Source: Breznakia blatticola
GTDB taxonomy: Bacteria; Bacillota_I; Bacilli_A; Erysipelotrichales; Erysipelotrichaceae
NCBI RefSeq assembly: GCF_004365815.1
Contig: NZ_SODD01000052.1
Location: forward strand, 1-16,418
Direction: 5' to 3'
DNA length: 16,418 nucleotides
Below the pieces are notes generated by a model. That model was not told the origin of the DNA and ran no database searches. It saw only the letters and a program-made list of their open reading frames with translations. This document shows, piece after piece, positions 1 through 7,571 of this stretch. Each line of letters opens with the position of its first letter. Within the stretch, counting starts at the first letter, position 1. A program made the translations under genes and the position numbers.

Positions 1-89
1 CCTCTCCTTCAACTTTTGACTAGTTCTACTTTTTACTTTGCCAATTTCCATTGCAGTTTGAGGACTATATGCATGACTGCCCGTCACAC

Positions 90-114
90 AAAAAAGGAGA
101 GCTATTTACTCTCC
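90..114 (-). terminator. Rho-independent terminator downstream of the 131..1564 surface-protein gene
   Basis: On the minus strand: GGAGAG (101-96), 7-nt loop, CTCTCC (114-109 pairs with it), then a run of 6 T (plus-strand A run 90-95). It lies about 17 nt after the stop codon at 131-133. Confidence 0.6.
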
Positions 115-130
115 TAACATGTCGTATATT

Positions 131-1564
131 CTATTTGGTTTGTGTTGCTTTACGCTTTTTACTAATCACAAATCCAAGAATTGAAACACTTGAAATTGCA
201 AGTAGTGCATATAATGAAGAAACACTAGTTGTATCACCTGTACTTGGTGCTTTTCCTTCCTTACTTGAAAGACCTTTTTCAGGTGTTGCAACTTCACTTG
301 GACGTTGCGTTGTTTCCGTTAGTTTTCCAGGTACATAACGAATTGTAAAGTTTCCATATTGATTCACTCCACCAACTTCATTTACACCTGCTTTTTCAAC
401 TGCACGAAGAATCGTATTTCCTTGTGCATCTTTTTCACTGATGATAGTAAAGAATGAGTCACCTAATTCATTAACGATTAACTCTTTCATCGTTTCTTTT
501 GTTACTTCATCTACTCTGTCATATTCAGAAAAGTATGTAAGTAATGCATCTTCATCTAAACGAATTGTTGCTCTATAGTTTGATGTATTTGTTGCATCTT
601 GCACTTCAACAACGACTGGAATTGCTAAAATATCTATATTCATAAATTCTGTATAAACATTTGCTGAATCAAACAATGTTCCAGCACGCACTTTATATGA
701 TCCAACATTTGGATCTAGTAGATCATAAGCCTCATGATAAGAAACTCCATCGCGTTCTCCTGCTCTTTCATAATATGTCGATTGTGATTGCCAAATCGAA
801 CTAAAAACGACTAATGAAAAAACACTTTTATCTACAGCTTGTCCATTATAGTAACGTGCATAACTCTTATACATTAGTTCAGGACTTGGTTCGATAGCTT
901 TATCAGCACGAATACTGTAGTTAACTTCTGGCGTTACTGGATCATTTTTCTTAACCACAGCTTCATAATTTCCATTATTATCAAAATACCAATCAGATAA
1001 GTTTCCATAACTTACTTTATATGCTTTTAAGAAATCATTAATAAACTCTCCCCAAGTAAGATTATCACTTTTTAATTTGTATGTAGTCATACCATCTTCA
1101 ACATATGAACCAAGCCCAACAAATATATCATCTTTATGTGGAGCTACCCTAATTTCTTGTACATTATCTGCTAGTGGTAGATACACATGCATTCCTGGTA
1201 GAATTTTAGCATCTTTACTACTGTCATCTACAGCATACATTACATGATCAAAGGGTTGCACATAAATACTACCTGATGCAGAATGAAGCGATCCAGGAGT
1301 GTTATTTTCAACAATGCTTTGAATGCTACTCCAAGTCAATGTATCCCAGGTGCAACCTTGATTTTTTGCTAGTTCTACAAGAGAAAGCATTTCTGTTGTT
1401 TCAACACCTTGATCATCCCAATATGTAATATACATTACTTTTTGCTCATCCGTTAATTCTTGATCTATTTTCGCTAAAATGGAAACATTACACAATTGCA
1501 TCATTAATATAGCTACAAGTCCAAATACTATGGACGTTTTTAAAATATTTCTAATCTTTTTCAT
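131..1564 (-). CDS. Secreted, probably cell-wall or membrane-anchored surface protein of unknown function
   Basis: 477-aa ORF with an AGAGGG SD about 9 nt upstream of the ATG at 1564. N-terminal signal peptide (MKKIRNILKTSIVFGLVAILMM...). C-terminal tripartite anchor: APSTGD, then hydrophobic SLYALLAISSVSILGFVI, then basic tail SKKRKATQTK. No catalytic motif recognised. Confidence 0.8.
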   Translation of the reverse strand: MKKIRNILKTSIVFGLVAILMMQLCNVSILAKIDQELTDEQKVMYITYWDDQGVETTEMLSLVELAKNQGCTWDTLTWSSIQSIVENNTPGSLHSASGSIYVQPFDHVMYAVDDSSKDAKILPGMHVYLPLADNVQEIRVAPHKDDIFVGLGSYVEDGMTTYKLKSDNLTWGEFINDFLKAYKVSYGNLSDWYFDNNGNYEAVVKKNDPVTPEVNYSIRADKAIEPSPELMYKSYARYYNGQAVDKSVFSLVVFSSIWQSQSTYYERAGERDGVSYHEAYDLLDPNVGSYKVRAGTLFDSANVYTEFMNIDILAIPVVVEVQDATNTSNYRATIRLDEDALLTYFSEYDRVDEVTKETMKELIVNELGDSFFTIISEKDAQGNTILRAVEKAGVNEVGGVNQYGNFTIRYVPGKLTETTQRPSEVATPEKGLSSKEGKAPSTGDTTSVSSLYALLAISSVSILGFVISKKRKATQTK

Positions 1565-1653
1565 CTCTATTTGCCCTCTTTTAATTTAATATTTTCGTTT
1601 TACCGTGACATATCACTTTAATTCAAAATTGTTCATTTTTTCTTGTTATATCT

Positions 1654-1735
1654 TCCCTCCTACACACACTCATACTTTGAAAATAAAAAAACAGTTCAAA
1701 GTATTTCACAATTGAACTGCATTAATAAAGAAAAA
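1654..1735 (-). promoter_or_regulatory. Conserved 5'-leader block, copy 1: terminator-like hairpin, U-run, alternative helix and GUGUGUG-GGAGGG
   Basis: Roughly 85% identical by eye over about 80 nt to 4093..4168. Minus-strand RNA has CAGUUCAA(1719-1712)/UUGAACUG(1699-1692) followed by 7 U (1691-1685). An alternative helix AUACUUUGAA(1704-1695)/UUCAAAGUAU(1681-1672) overlaps the terminator 3' arm. GUGUGUGUAGGAGGG follows at 1670-1655. Here the GGAGGG is about 90 nt upstream of the real start at 1564. Confidence 0.55.
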
Positions 1736-1821
1736 TACAATAAAAAGATTCCTTTTATATTGCTTGGCTTTTCTATAATAAAAATCAATGAACTTCACAC
1801 ACCATAACCAGTAAAGTTTTT

Positions 1822-1881
1822 CCCTATTAACGCACACACTCGAACACGAATAGTTTTCGTGTTCTATATATTAATATTATA
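1822..1881 (-). promoter_or_regulatory. Promoter-proximal module, copy A: -10 box, 5' stem-loop and GUGUGUGCGUUAAUAGGG box
   Basis: TATAAT (rc of 1876-1881); no good -35 found. It is followed by hairpin GAACACGAA/UUCGUGUUC (1864-1842, 5-nt loop) and the box at 1839-1822. The box sequence recurs at 4274-4293 and 4719-4735. Confidence 0.45.
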
Positions 1882-2029
1882 CGATGCCTAAACATTAGTA
1901 AAGTTAGAAACAAGTCATATTATATAAAATTTGATATTTTCATGTATGTGTATATAGAAATATGAATTTACTAAAAACATCTAATAAATACATAAAACAT
2001 TCTTATTTTAAAGGTTTTTTCATAATTTA

Positions 2030-2059
2030 GAAAAAGCGTTACCCAAATGGATAACGCTT
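2030..2059 (-). terminator. Rho-independent terminator of the VWA adhesin gene
   Basis: Minus strand: AAGCGTTA (2059-2052), 10-nt loop, TAACGCTT (2041-2034), then TTTC. It starts about 40 nt after the stop at 2100-2102. Confidence 0.6.
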
Positions 2060-2099
2060 AAACACACACAACACAGTTTTAAACACATGATGTTATAGA

Positions 2100-4085
2100 C
2101 TAGTGGTTTCTATTTCTTTTTTGTTTGTATATTGATACCATCACTACTCCCGCTAGCAATACGATACATAGATATGCTTGTGCATGACTTGCATCATAAG
2201 TCGCTACTGAAGGCAGTGCTACTGGTGTAGCTGCTTTCGGTGTTGGCTTTGGCGTCGGTGTAGGTTTTGGATCTTCTTTTGGTGGATCAATATTTGGTAA
2301 TTCAACAATTTCCTTATAGTAGACTTTCACAACATTGTTTGCTTCATCTTTTTCTACCGCAAATGTAAATGCATCAAATGCTTTATCGTTTTTCACATGA
2401 GAGTCATATACATATTTTAATTTACCCGCTTGATCCATTAAGAAATCATGTCCAAGAACTTCAATTTTAACCATGTGTCCAATATCGACTGGTCCTAATA
2501 CATTCGGTTCTGTTTTACGAAGTTCTGCTTTTGCGATATCATCTTCATACGTATAGTGTTCTACACGATAGTTTTGTTTTGTACGAACAAACTTAAAGTA
2601 TGCATTTGTTACATTATTTTCTGTATAGTAGGTAATCTTCACTGGATCTACTTCACCAAAGAACTCATAGTAACCTGTACCATCTTCATTTGGAATTCGA
2701 TCAAGTATCGCTTTACCATCCGCAAAGTGTGCAGTATCAAATGCAACTTCTGGTTGATATACTTCACTTTGTCCAGTTACGAATTCTTGATTTGCAGCTA
2801 CTGGAGCAACACTTTGCATTTCATCAGCAAGAGGGTTTCCTTCTTCATCACACAACACACGGTTTAAACTGTATCCTCTAACATGTTGCCAGTACACTTG
2901 TGGGTTTGGACCTGATATTGCAAGTTGTGATTTTTCTTCATCATCAGCTGCATACGATAAATATACACCATCGTTTGCATGATCATTAATATCATACCAA
3001 CCTGGACCATCTACTAGTTCTTCATTGATTCGCACTTGGAATGTAACAGTTCCAGTAGCAGTTCCATTTGCATCTACACTCATTGCAATAGGTAAATCTT
3101 TAACAACTGTACGGCCATTTTCATTTACTACATACTCATCTAAGCCAATGACTTCAAATGGAGCTGGTACAACATCCGTAATTGTTGCTTTACGAGATTC
3201 AACAAGATCAGTGATATGCGTTTTAATATCTCCTAGAACTTTATCAACATTTCCTGTTGCTCCAACATAGTATAATGGTTCATCATTAATCTTTGACGCA
3301 TACGCTTTTAAGTTGTTCATTCCAGTATTGCCCGTTTGATTGTAGCCAATAGAGTAAATAGTTGCACCATTATTTTTCAATACATTTGCTTGTTGCTCTG
3401 CGTATTTATGAGGTGTTAGTCCTCCACCTCCACCTTCGTTTGTTACACCATCACAAAGTAATACAACAAAGTTATCTTTAGATGGATCCATATAGTTATT
3501 TGCAGCCGCAAATGCAGATCCAACATTCGTTGTTCCTCCTGTATTACCAAATATATTACTAAACGTGATGTTTCCATTCGCATCAGTAATTTGTGAAATA
3601 TCCGTAATTGGATTTGGAGTAAGTGAATTTGCAGCATATGCGAATTCAACTGCACGAATTGAGACACGACCTGCTAATCTTTGATCTGTAAGTAATGCTT
3701 CAGCAAAATCATTAGCTCCTGCTTTAGCACTTGTGTATGCAGTACCTGCCATACTTCCACTTTTATCCATAATGAAGATTACGTTTACTGCACCTGTAGT
3801 CGATTTTCTTCCTTTAACTGTTGCACCAAATGTAATGTCATATACACCTGGAACTTCTGTTTTTTTCACTTGTTTTACAACACTAGCTTCATCTAGTGCT
3901 GCTCCTAATATAACTCCTGTATTTTGATCCGGAATCACTGTTTCACTTTTACCAAGTGTTCCATTTGCTGGAGCATCAGTATTTGCTTTTATTTGCACCA
4001 TTGAACTTGTAAAGAATACGCCAATAGTTAATACGAATGTGAGAATCAAACTAAATATTTTCTGGGTACTATTTTTTCCTTTCAT
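2100..4085 (-). CDS. Von Willebrand factor A (VWA/MIDAS) domain surface adhesin
   Basis: The track ORF runs to 4109, but GGGAGGAA lies 6 nt upstream of the ATG at 4085, giving MKGKNSTQKIFSLILTFVLTIGVFF... (signal peptide). MIDAS motif DxSxS in VNVIFIMDKSGSM, and the downstream VVLLCDGVTNEG is typical of VWA. C-terminus has Pro/Thr/Lys-rich spacer PPKEDPKPTPTPKPTPKAATP, then LPSVAT, then hydrophobic YLCIVLLAGVVMVSI, then KQKRNRNH. Confidence 0.85.
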   Translation of the reverse strand: MKGKNSTQKIFSLILTFVLTIGVFFTSSMVQIKANTDAPANGTLGKSETVIPDQNTGVILGAALDEASVVKQVKKTEVPGVYDITFGATVKGRKSTTGAVNVIFIMDKSGSMAGTAYTSAKAGANDFAEALLTDQRLAGRVSIRAVEFAYAANSLTPNPITDISQITDANGNITFSNIFGNTGGTTNVGSAFAAANNYMDPSKDNFVVLLCDGVTNEGGGGGLTPHKYAEQQANVLKNNGATIYSIGYNQTGNTGMNNLKAYASKINDEPLYYVGATGNVDKVLGDIKTHITDLVESRKATITDVVPAPFEVIGLDEYVVNENGRTVVKDLPIAMSVDANGTATGTVTFQVRINEELVDGPGWYDINDHANDGVYLSYAADDEEKSQLAISGPNPQVYWQHVRGYSLNRVLCDEEGNPLADEMQSVAPVAANQEFVTGQSEVYQPEVAFDTAHFADGKAILDRIPNEDGTGYYEFFGEVDPVKITYYTENNVTNAYFKFVRTKQNYRVEHYTYEDDIAKAELRKTEPNVLGPVDIGHMVKIEVLGHDFLMDQAGKLKYVYDSHVKNDKAFDAFTFAVEKDEANNVVKVYYKEIVELPNIDPPKEDPKPTPTPKPTPKAATPVALPSVATYDASHAQAYLCIVLLAGVVMVSIYKQKRNRNH

Positions 4086-4092
4086 AGTTATT

Positions 4093-4168
4093 CCTCCCAA
4101 CACACACAAGTACTTTAAAACAAAAAACAGTTCAAAGTACTACACAAATGAACTGCATTAATAAAGTA
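4093..4168 (-). promoter_or_regulatory. Conserved 5'-leader block, copy 2: terminator-like hairpin, U-run, alternative helix and GUGUGUG-GGGAGG SD
   Basis: CAGUUCA(4155-4149)/UGAACUG(4134-4128) followed by UUUUUU (4127-4122). Alternative helix GUACUUUGAA(4140-4131)/UUUAAAGUAC(4119-4110). GUGUGUGUUGGGAGG (about 4108-4094) acts directly as the SD of the VWA gene. Confidence 0.55.
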
Positions 4169-4273
4169 TTAACTATGTAAAGAATCAATCAACAGGGAAA
4201 ATTATAGATGATTGATTGCGAATGGAATCATTCGCTTTGCATCAAAGAACAACACACAATCAATGACACACTA

Positions 4274-4358
4274 CCTTATTAACGCACACACACATTGAAT
4301 GGTTGAATACATTTGTATTCCACACTTTAATCATATTCAATTTTTTTTTGCTTGTAAA
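4274..4358 (-). promoter_or_regulatory. Promoter-proximal module, copy B: sigma-A-type promoter, 5' stem-loop and GUGUGUGCGUUAAUAAGG box
   Basis: TTTACA (rc of 4353-4358), 17-nt spacer, TATGAT (rc of 4330-4335). Palindrome GAATAC-AAAT-GTATTC lies at 4320-4305 and the box at 4293-4274. Confidence 0.55.
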
Positions 4359-4467
4359 TTGTTTAAAAAGCATTTTCTATATAAATATTACGCAAAATAA
4401 AGGTACTATTCTTAACTTCATATGAATATAATAAATTAATAATTATAAATAATTAAAATATCGCGAT

Positions 4468-4507
4468 GAAAAGGGCTAATCATCATTTTTTGATGTTCAC
4501 CCTTTTC
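4468..4507. terminator. Possible weak, bidirectional-looking terminator hairpin
   Basis: GAAAAGGG (4468-4475) pairs with CCCTTTTC (4500-4507). There is an inner CATCA/TGATG stem. The outer stem is A/U-rich and only modestly stable. Confidence 0.3.
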
Positions 4508-4718
4508 TATGTTAGCTATTTAGCTATTAGGTTTTATTGCGACAATGTAAAATCACCATACTTTTTTACTATTTCTTCACACTCACCTAAATGAAATACA
4601 CTAGTAAGAATAATTAAGATATAGTAATTACCACATTGAAGTAAGTCATGTGTTTGTTTCATAATTCAGATTCTGATTTTTCACATCAACACCGATGCAA
4701 AAACACAAGGATCCATCA

Positions 4719-4762
4719 CCTTATTAACGCACACAATGTATTTTGGACACAAATGTATCATA
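4719..4762 (-). repeat. Orphan third copy (C) of the promoter-proximal module, with no downstream conserved leader block or gene
   Basis: The box ccttattaacgcacaca (4719-4735) is identical to copy B. TATGAT (rc of 4757-4762), GTGTCC and AATACA align with copy B. No matching gcattaataaag partner or terminator block follows. Confidence 0.5.
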
Positions 4763-4786
4763 CATCTACATCATAATAGAGATTTC

Positions 4787-4827
4787 AAAAAAAACAAGTG
4801 TTAACCTTCGATAAAGTTTTGCACTTG
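4787..4827 (-). terminator. Rho-independent terminator of the mutS-mutL-miaA operon, overlapping the miaA stop
   Basis: Minus strand: CAAGTG (4827-4822) pairs with CACTTG (4800-4795), and the loop has further internal pairing. Eight T follow (plus-strand A run 4787-4794). Confidence 0.6.
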
Positions 4828-5715
4828 TTGTTGTATATCATCTTTTATATTTGGTTTGCGAATATCAAACCAATGAACATCCATTTGATTATTAAACCAT
4901 GTATATTGTCGCTTCGCGAAATTTCGCGTGTTTTTTTGAATAAGGCTGATAGTTTCTTCCATACTCGCTTCTTTTTGAAAATAACTTTGCCATTCTTTAT
5001 AACCAATACCACGCATACTTTGTAACGCGAAGGTTGTATCATCTTTCACAATATCCTGAAGTTCTTCAAGTAAGCCCATGTCCATCATCTTTACTACACG
5101 TGCATCAATTCGTTTGTATAGTTCACTACGTTCAACTGTTAATCCTAGTATATATGCATCATACAACATTTCATGATTTTGTTTTTGTAGGCGTTCACTT
5201 TTTTTATGACCAAGATGATTCATCATAAGGGCACGTTTGATGCGTCGAGTATTATTTGGGTGCAAAGCTTGTGCACTTTCTATATCTTCTTGTTTAAGAC
5301 GTTCATATAACTCTGTATCAGATAAACTATTCAGTAATTTACTATACGCTTCATCTTCTTGTTCTTCTTCAAACACATAATCATACAAAGCCGCTTTGAT
5401 ATATAATCCAGTACCTCCACAGATGATGGGAAGTTTTCCTTTTGCTTGAATTTCAGATATATATTTACGTGCTTGTTCTTGGAAGATTTTTACATTGTAT
5501 GTATCTTCATAGTCATAGCAATCCACTAAGTAGTGTGTAATACCATCCATTTCTTCGGGTGTAATTTTTGCACTACCAATACTTAGTTGTTTATATACTT
5601 GATAAGCATCACCACTAATGATTTCACCATTGAATTTCTTAGCTAATTCAATTGCCATCTTACTTTTTCCAACACCAGTTGGTCCAATCACAGCTAGTAC
5701 TTTTACTTTATCCAT
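4801..5715 (-). CDS. miaA: tRNA dimethylallyltransferase (tRNA isopentenyltransferase)
   Basis: 304 aa. P-loop VIGPTGVGKSK near the N-terminus, followed by EIISGDAYQVYKQLSIGSAKIT and HYLVD, which are typical MiaA motifs. Its start lies 1 nt after the mutL stop, matching the classical mutS-mutL-miaA order. Confidence 0.93.
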   Translation of the reverse strand: MDKVKVLAVIGPTGVGKSKMAIELAKKFNGEIISGDAYQVYKQLSIGSAKITPEEMDGITHYLVDCYDYEDTYNVKIFQEQARKYISEIQAKGKLPIICGGTGLYIKAALYDYVFEEEQEDEAYSKLLNSLSDTELYERLKQEDIESAQALHPNNTRRIKRALMMNHLGHKKSERLQKQNHEMLYDAYILGLTVERSELYKRIDARVVKMMDMGLLEELQDIVKDDTTFALQSMRGIGYKEWQSYFQKEASMEETISLIQKNTRNFAKRQYTWFNNQMDVHWFDIRKPNIKDDIQQQVQNFIEG

Positions 5716-5716
5716 A

Positions 5717-7558
5717 CTACTTCACCCGTAGAAAACTTTTCTCTAAGTCTTTCATTGTGTACTTAAGAAAAGTTGGTCGTCCATGCGGACAGTGGAAAGG
5801 CTGTTCACAATGCTCTAAATCACTAATGACTTGTTGCATCTCTGGCAAACTTAATGAACGATTGAAACGAATCGATGAGTGACATGCCATTGTTGCAAGT
5901 GCATGTTTACGTAAACTTTCAATGTCCACTTCTTCATTTTTAATATAGTAATCAACCATATCTTGTAAGAAGGCTTGTTCATCAATATATATTAACCACG
6001 TTGGAATGCTGCGCACCACAAAACTCGTATCCCCAAACACTTCAAATTGGATACCTAGTGGTTCCAATTTTTGATTTAGTGCATCCACACTTTGAATGGC
6101 TTGCAAAGTAGAAGTTAAAGTAATTGGCACAAGTAAATCCTGTTGGTCTTTTACTCCTGCTAATACTTTTTGTTTGATCACTTCAAAGTTATAGCGTTCT
6201 TGTGCAGCATGTTGATCAATGATATATAAACCATCTTCACCTTCTGCTAAGATATACGCTTTTTGCAGTTGGGCTAGTGCACGCATCGTTGGAAACGATG
6301 GATTTTTCACTTTCGCTGGTTCTGCTTTTTGTACTTCTGGACTACTTTGAACAATCACATCCACCACTTCTTCTTGTACTGGTATTTCTTCTACAATTTC
6401 TTCTTTTGGCAAGGTTGGCTTTTCGTATACAACAGTAGGCTCAGCTACTTTTGGTGTGATTGTTTCAGATTCGACATTTTGATATACAGGTACAACTGGT
6501 TTTTTAACTTCCTCAAATTGGAAGGTTGGCATTTCTACTTCCAGTTTTTCCTGTTTCACCACACGATTGACTTCCATCTTATCACGAAGAGCTTCTTGTA
6601 AAGTTTCCTTAATTAAAAACTCTAATTGCTTTTCTTTTGAGAAACGTACTTCCCATTTACTTGGGTGCACATTTACATCTACAAGTTGTGGGTCCATATT
6701 TATATGCAATACAACAATTGGATAACGTCCACTTGGGATATATGGACTGTATGCATCCATGATTGCTTTTTGTAGACGATACGAACGAATCATTCGATTG
6801 TTGATAAAAAACAACATGTAGTATTTTGTTGCTCTTGTTTGAAATGGTTGAACTGCATATCCATCGATTGCATAGTCATTATCTTTACCTTGCACTTCAA
6901 TTGCTGCTTTTGCTACTTCACGACCATAAATCAACATTAACACTTCCTGTATATTTCCATTTCCATTGCTTTGAAATACCATCTTGTCATCATGGAATAA
7001 GCTAAATGAGATGTTTGGATATGCTAATGCAAACTTTTGAATTACATCACTAATAAGTGAGAATTCATAACTTGCACTGCGTAAATGTTTAAATCGTGCA
7101 GGTGTTCTTTGAAATAAGTTCTTAACTGTAATTTGTGTTCCCTTTGGTGTCCCAATCGGTTTTGCTTGTAAGGTTTTCCCATAAGAGATTTCAACTAAAG
7201 TTCCATCAGTTCCATCATTTGTTTTTAATTCCACATGTGATACAGAGGAAATCGATGGTAAGGCTTCTCCACGAAATCCCATCGTCGAAATTTTCCAAAG
7301 ATCTTTTACATCTTTGATTTTACTTGTCGCATGACGTTCAAAGGCAAGGGTTGCATCTTGTGCACTCATTCCATCTCCATCATCCACAATCATCATCTCT
7401 TCAATTCCACCTTGGCGGACATGAATTTGAATCTTTGATGCATGGGCATCAATTGCATTTTCAACAAGTTCTTTAATGACTCCACTTGGTCGTTCAACAA
7501 CTTCTCCAGCTGCAATCATATTTGTTAAATGTGCATCTAATCTTTGAATTTTTGCCAT
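5717..7558 (-). CDS. mutL: DNA mismatch repair protein MutL (endonuclease-type)
   Basis: 613 aa. GHKL ATPase N-terminus (IAAGEVVERPSGVIKELVENAIDA, DDGDGM). C-terminal endonuclease motifs DQHAAQERYNFE and FHCPHGRPT. SD AGGAAAGGAG lies upstream of the ATG at 7558. Confidence 0.95.
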   Translation of the reverse strand: MAKIQRLDAHLTNMIAAGEVVERPSGVIKELVENAIDAHASKIQIHVRQGGIEEMMIVDDGDGMSAQDATLAFERHATSKIKDVKDLWKISTMGFRGEALPSISSVSHVELKTNDGTDGTLVEISYGKTLQAKPIGTPKGTQITVKNLFQRTPARFKHLRSASYEFSLISDVIQKFALAYPNISFSLFHDDKMVFQSNGNGNIQEVLMLIYGREVAKAAIEVQGKDNDYAIDGYAVQPFQTRATKYYMLFFINNRMIRSYRLQKAIMDAYSPYIPSGRYPIVVLHINMDPQLVDVNVHPSKWEVRFSKEKQLEFLIKETLQEALRDKMEVNRVVKQEKLEVEMPTFQFEEVKKPVVPVYQNVESETITPKVAEPTVVYEKPTLPKEEIVEEIPVQEEVVDVIVQSSPEVQKAEPAKVKNPSFPTMRALAQLQKAYILAEGEDGLYIIDQHAAQERYNFEVIKQKVLAGVKDQQDLLVPITLTSTLQAIQSVDALNQKLEPLGIQFEVFGDTSFVVRSIPTWLIYIDEQAFLQDMVDYYIKNEEVDIESLRKHALATMACHSSIRFNRSLSLPEMQQVISDLEHCEQPFHCPHGRPTFLKYTMKDLEKSFLRVK

Positions 7559-7571
7559 GCTGACTCCTTTC

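Noticed and set aside
51-338. 95-aa plus-strand ORF (TTG start) overlapping the 3' end of the 131..1564 gene
   Set aside because: It is antisense to a well-supported CDS and runs across that gene's terminator. It has a non-ATG start with no SD.
2556-3927. Track ORFs 2556..2867(+), 2690..2881(+), 3025..3270(+), 3733..3927(+) and 3443..3667(-), all inside the VWA gene
   Set aside because: They are antisense or alternate-frame shadows of a long, motif-supported minus-strand CDS. They have low-complexity, Leu/Phe/Ile-rich translations, no RBS and no recognisable motifs.
4534-4662. 42-codon minus-strand ORF in the miaA-to-adhesin gap, considered as a small protein gene
   Set aside because: It has no SD (gaatctgaattATG) and no recognisable motif. 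It is not reported as a CDS and is mentioned only in the context of the orphan leader module.
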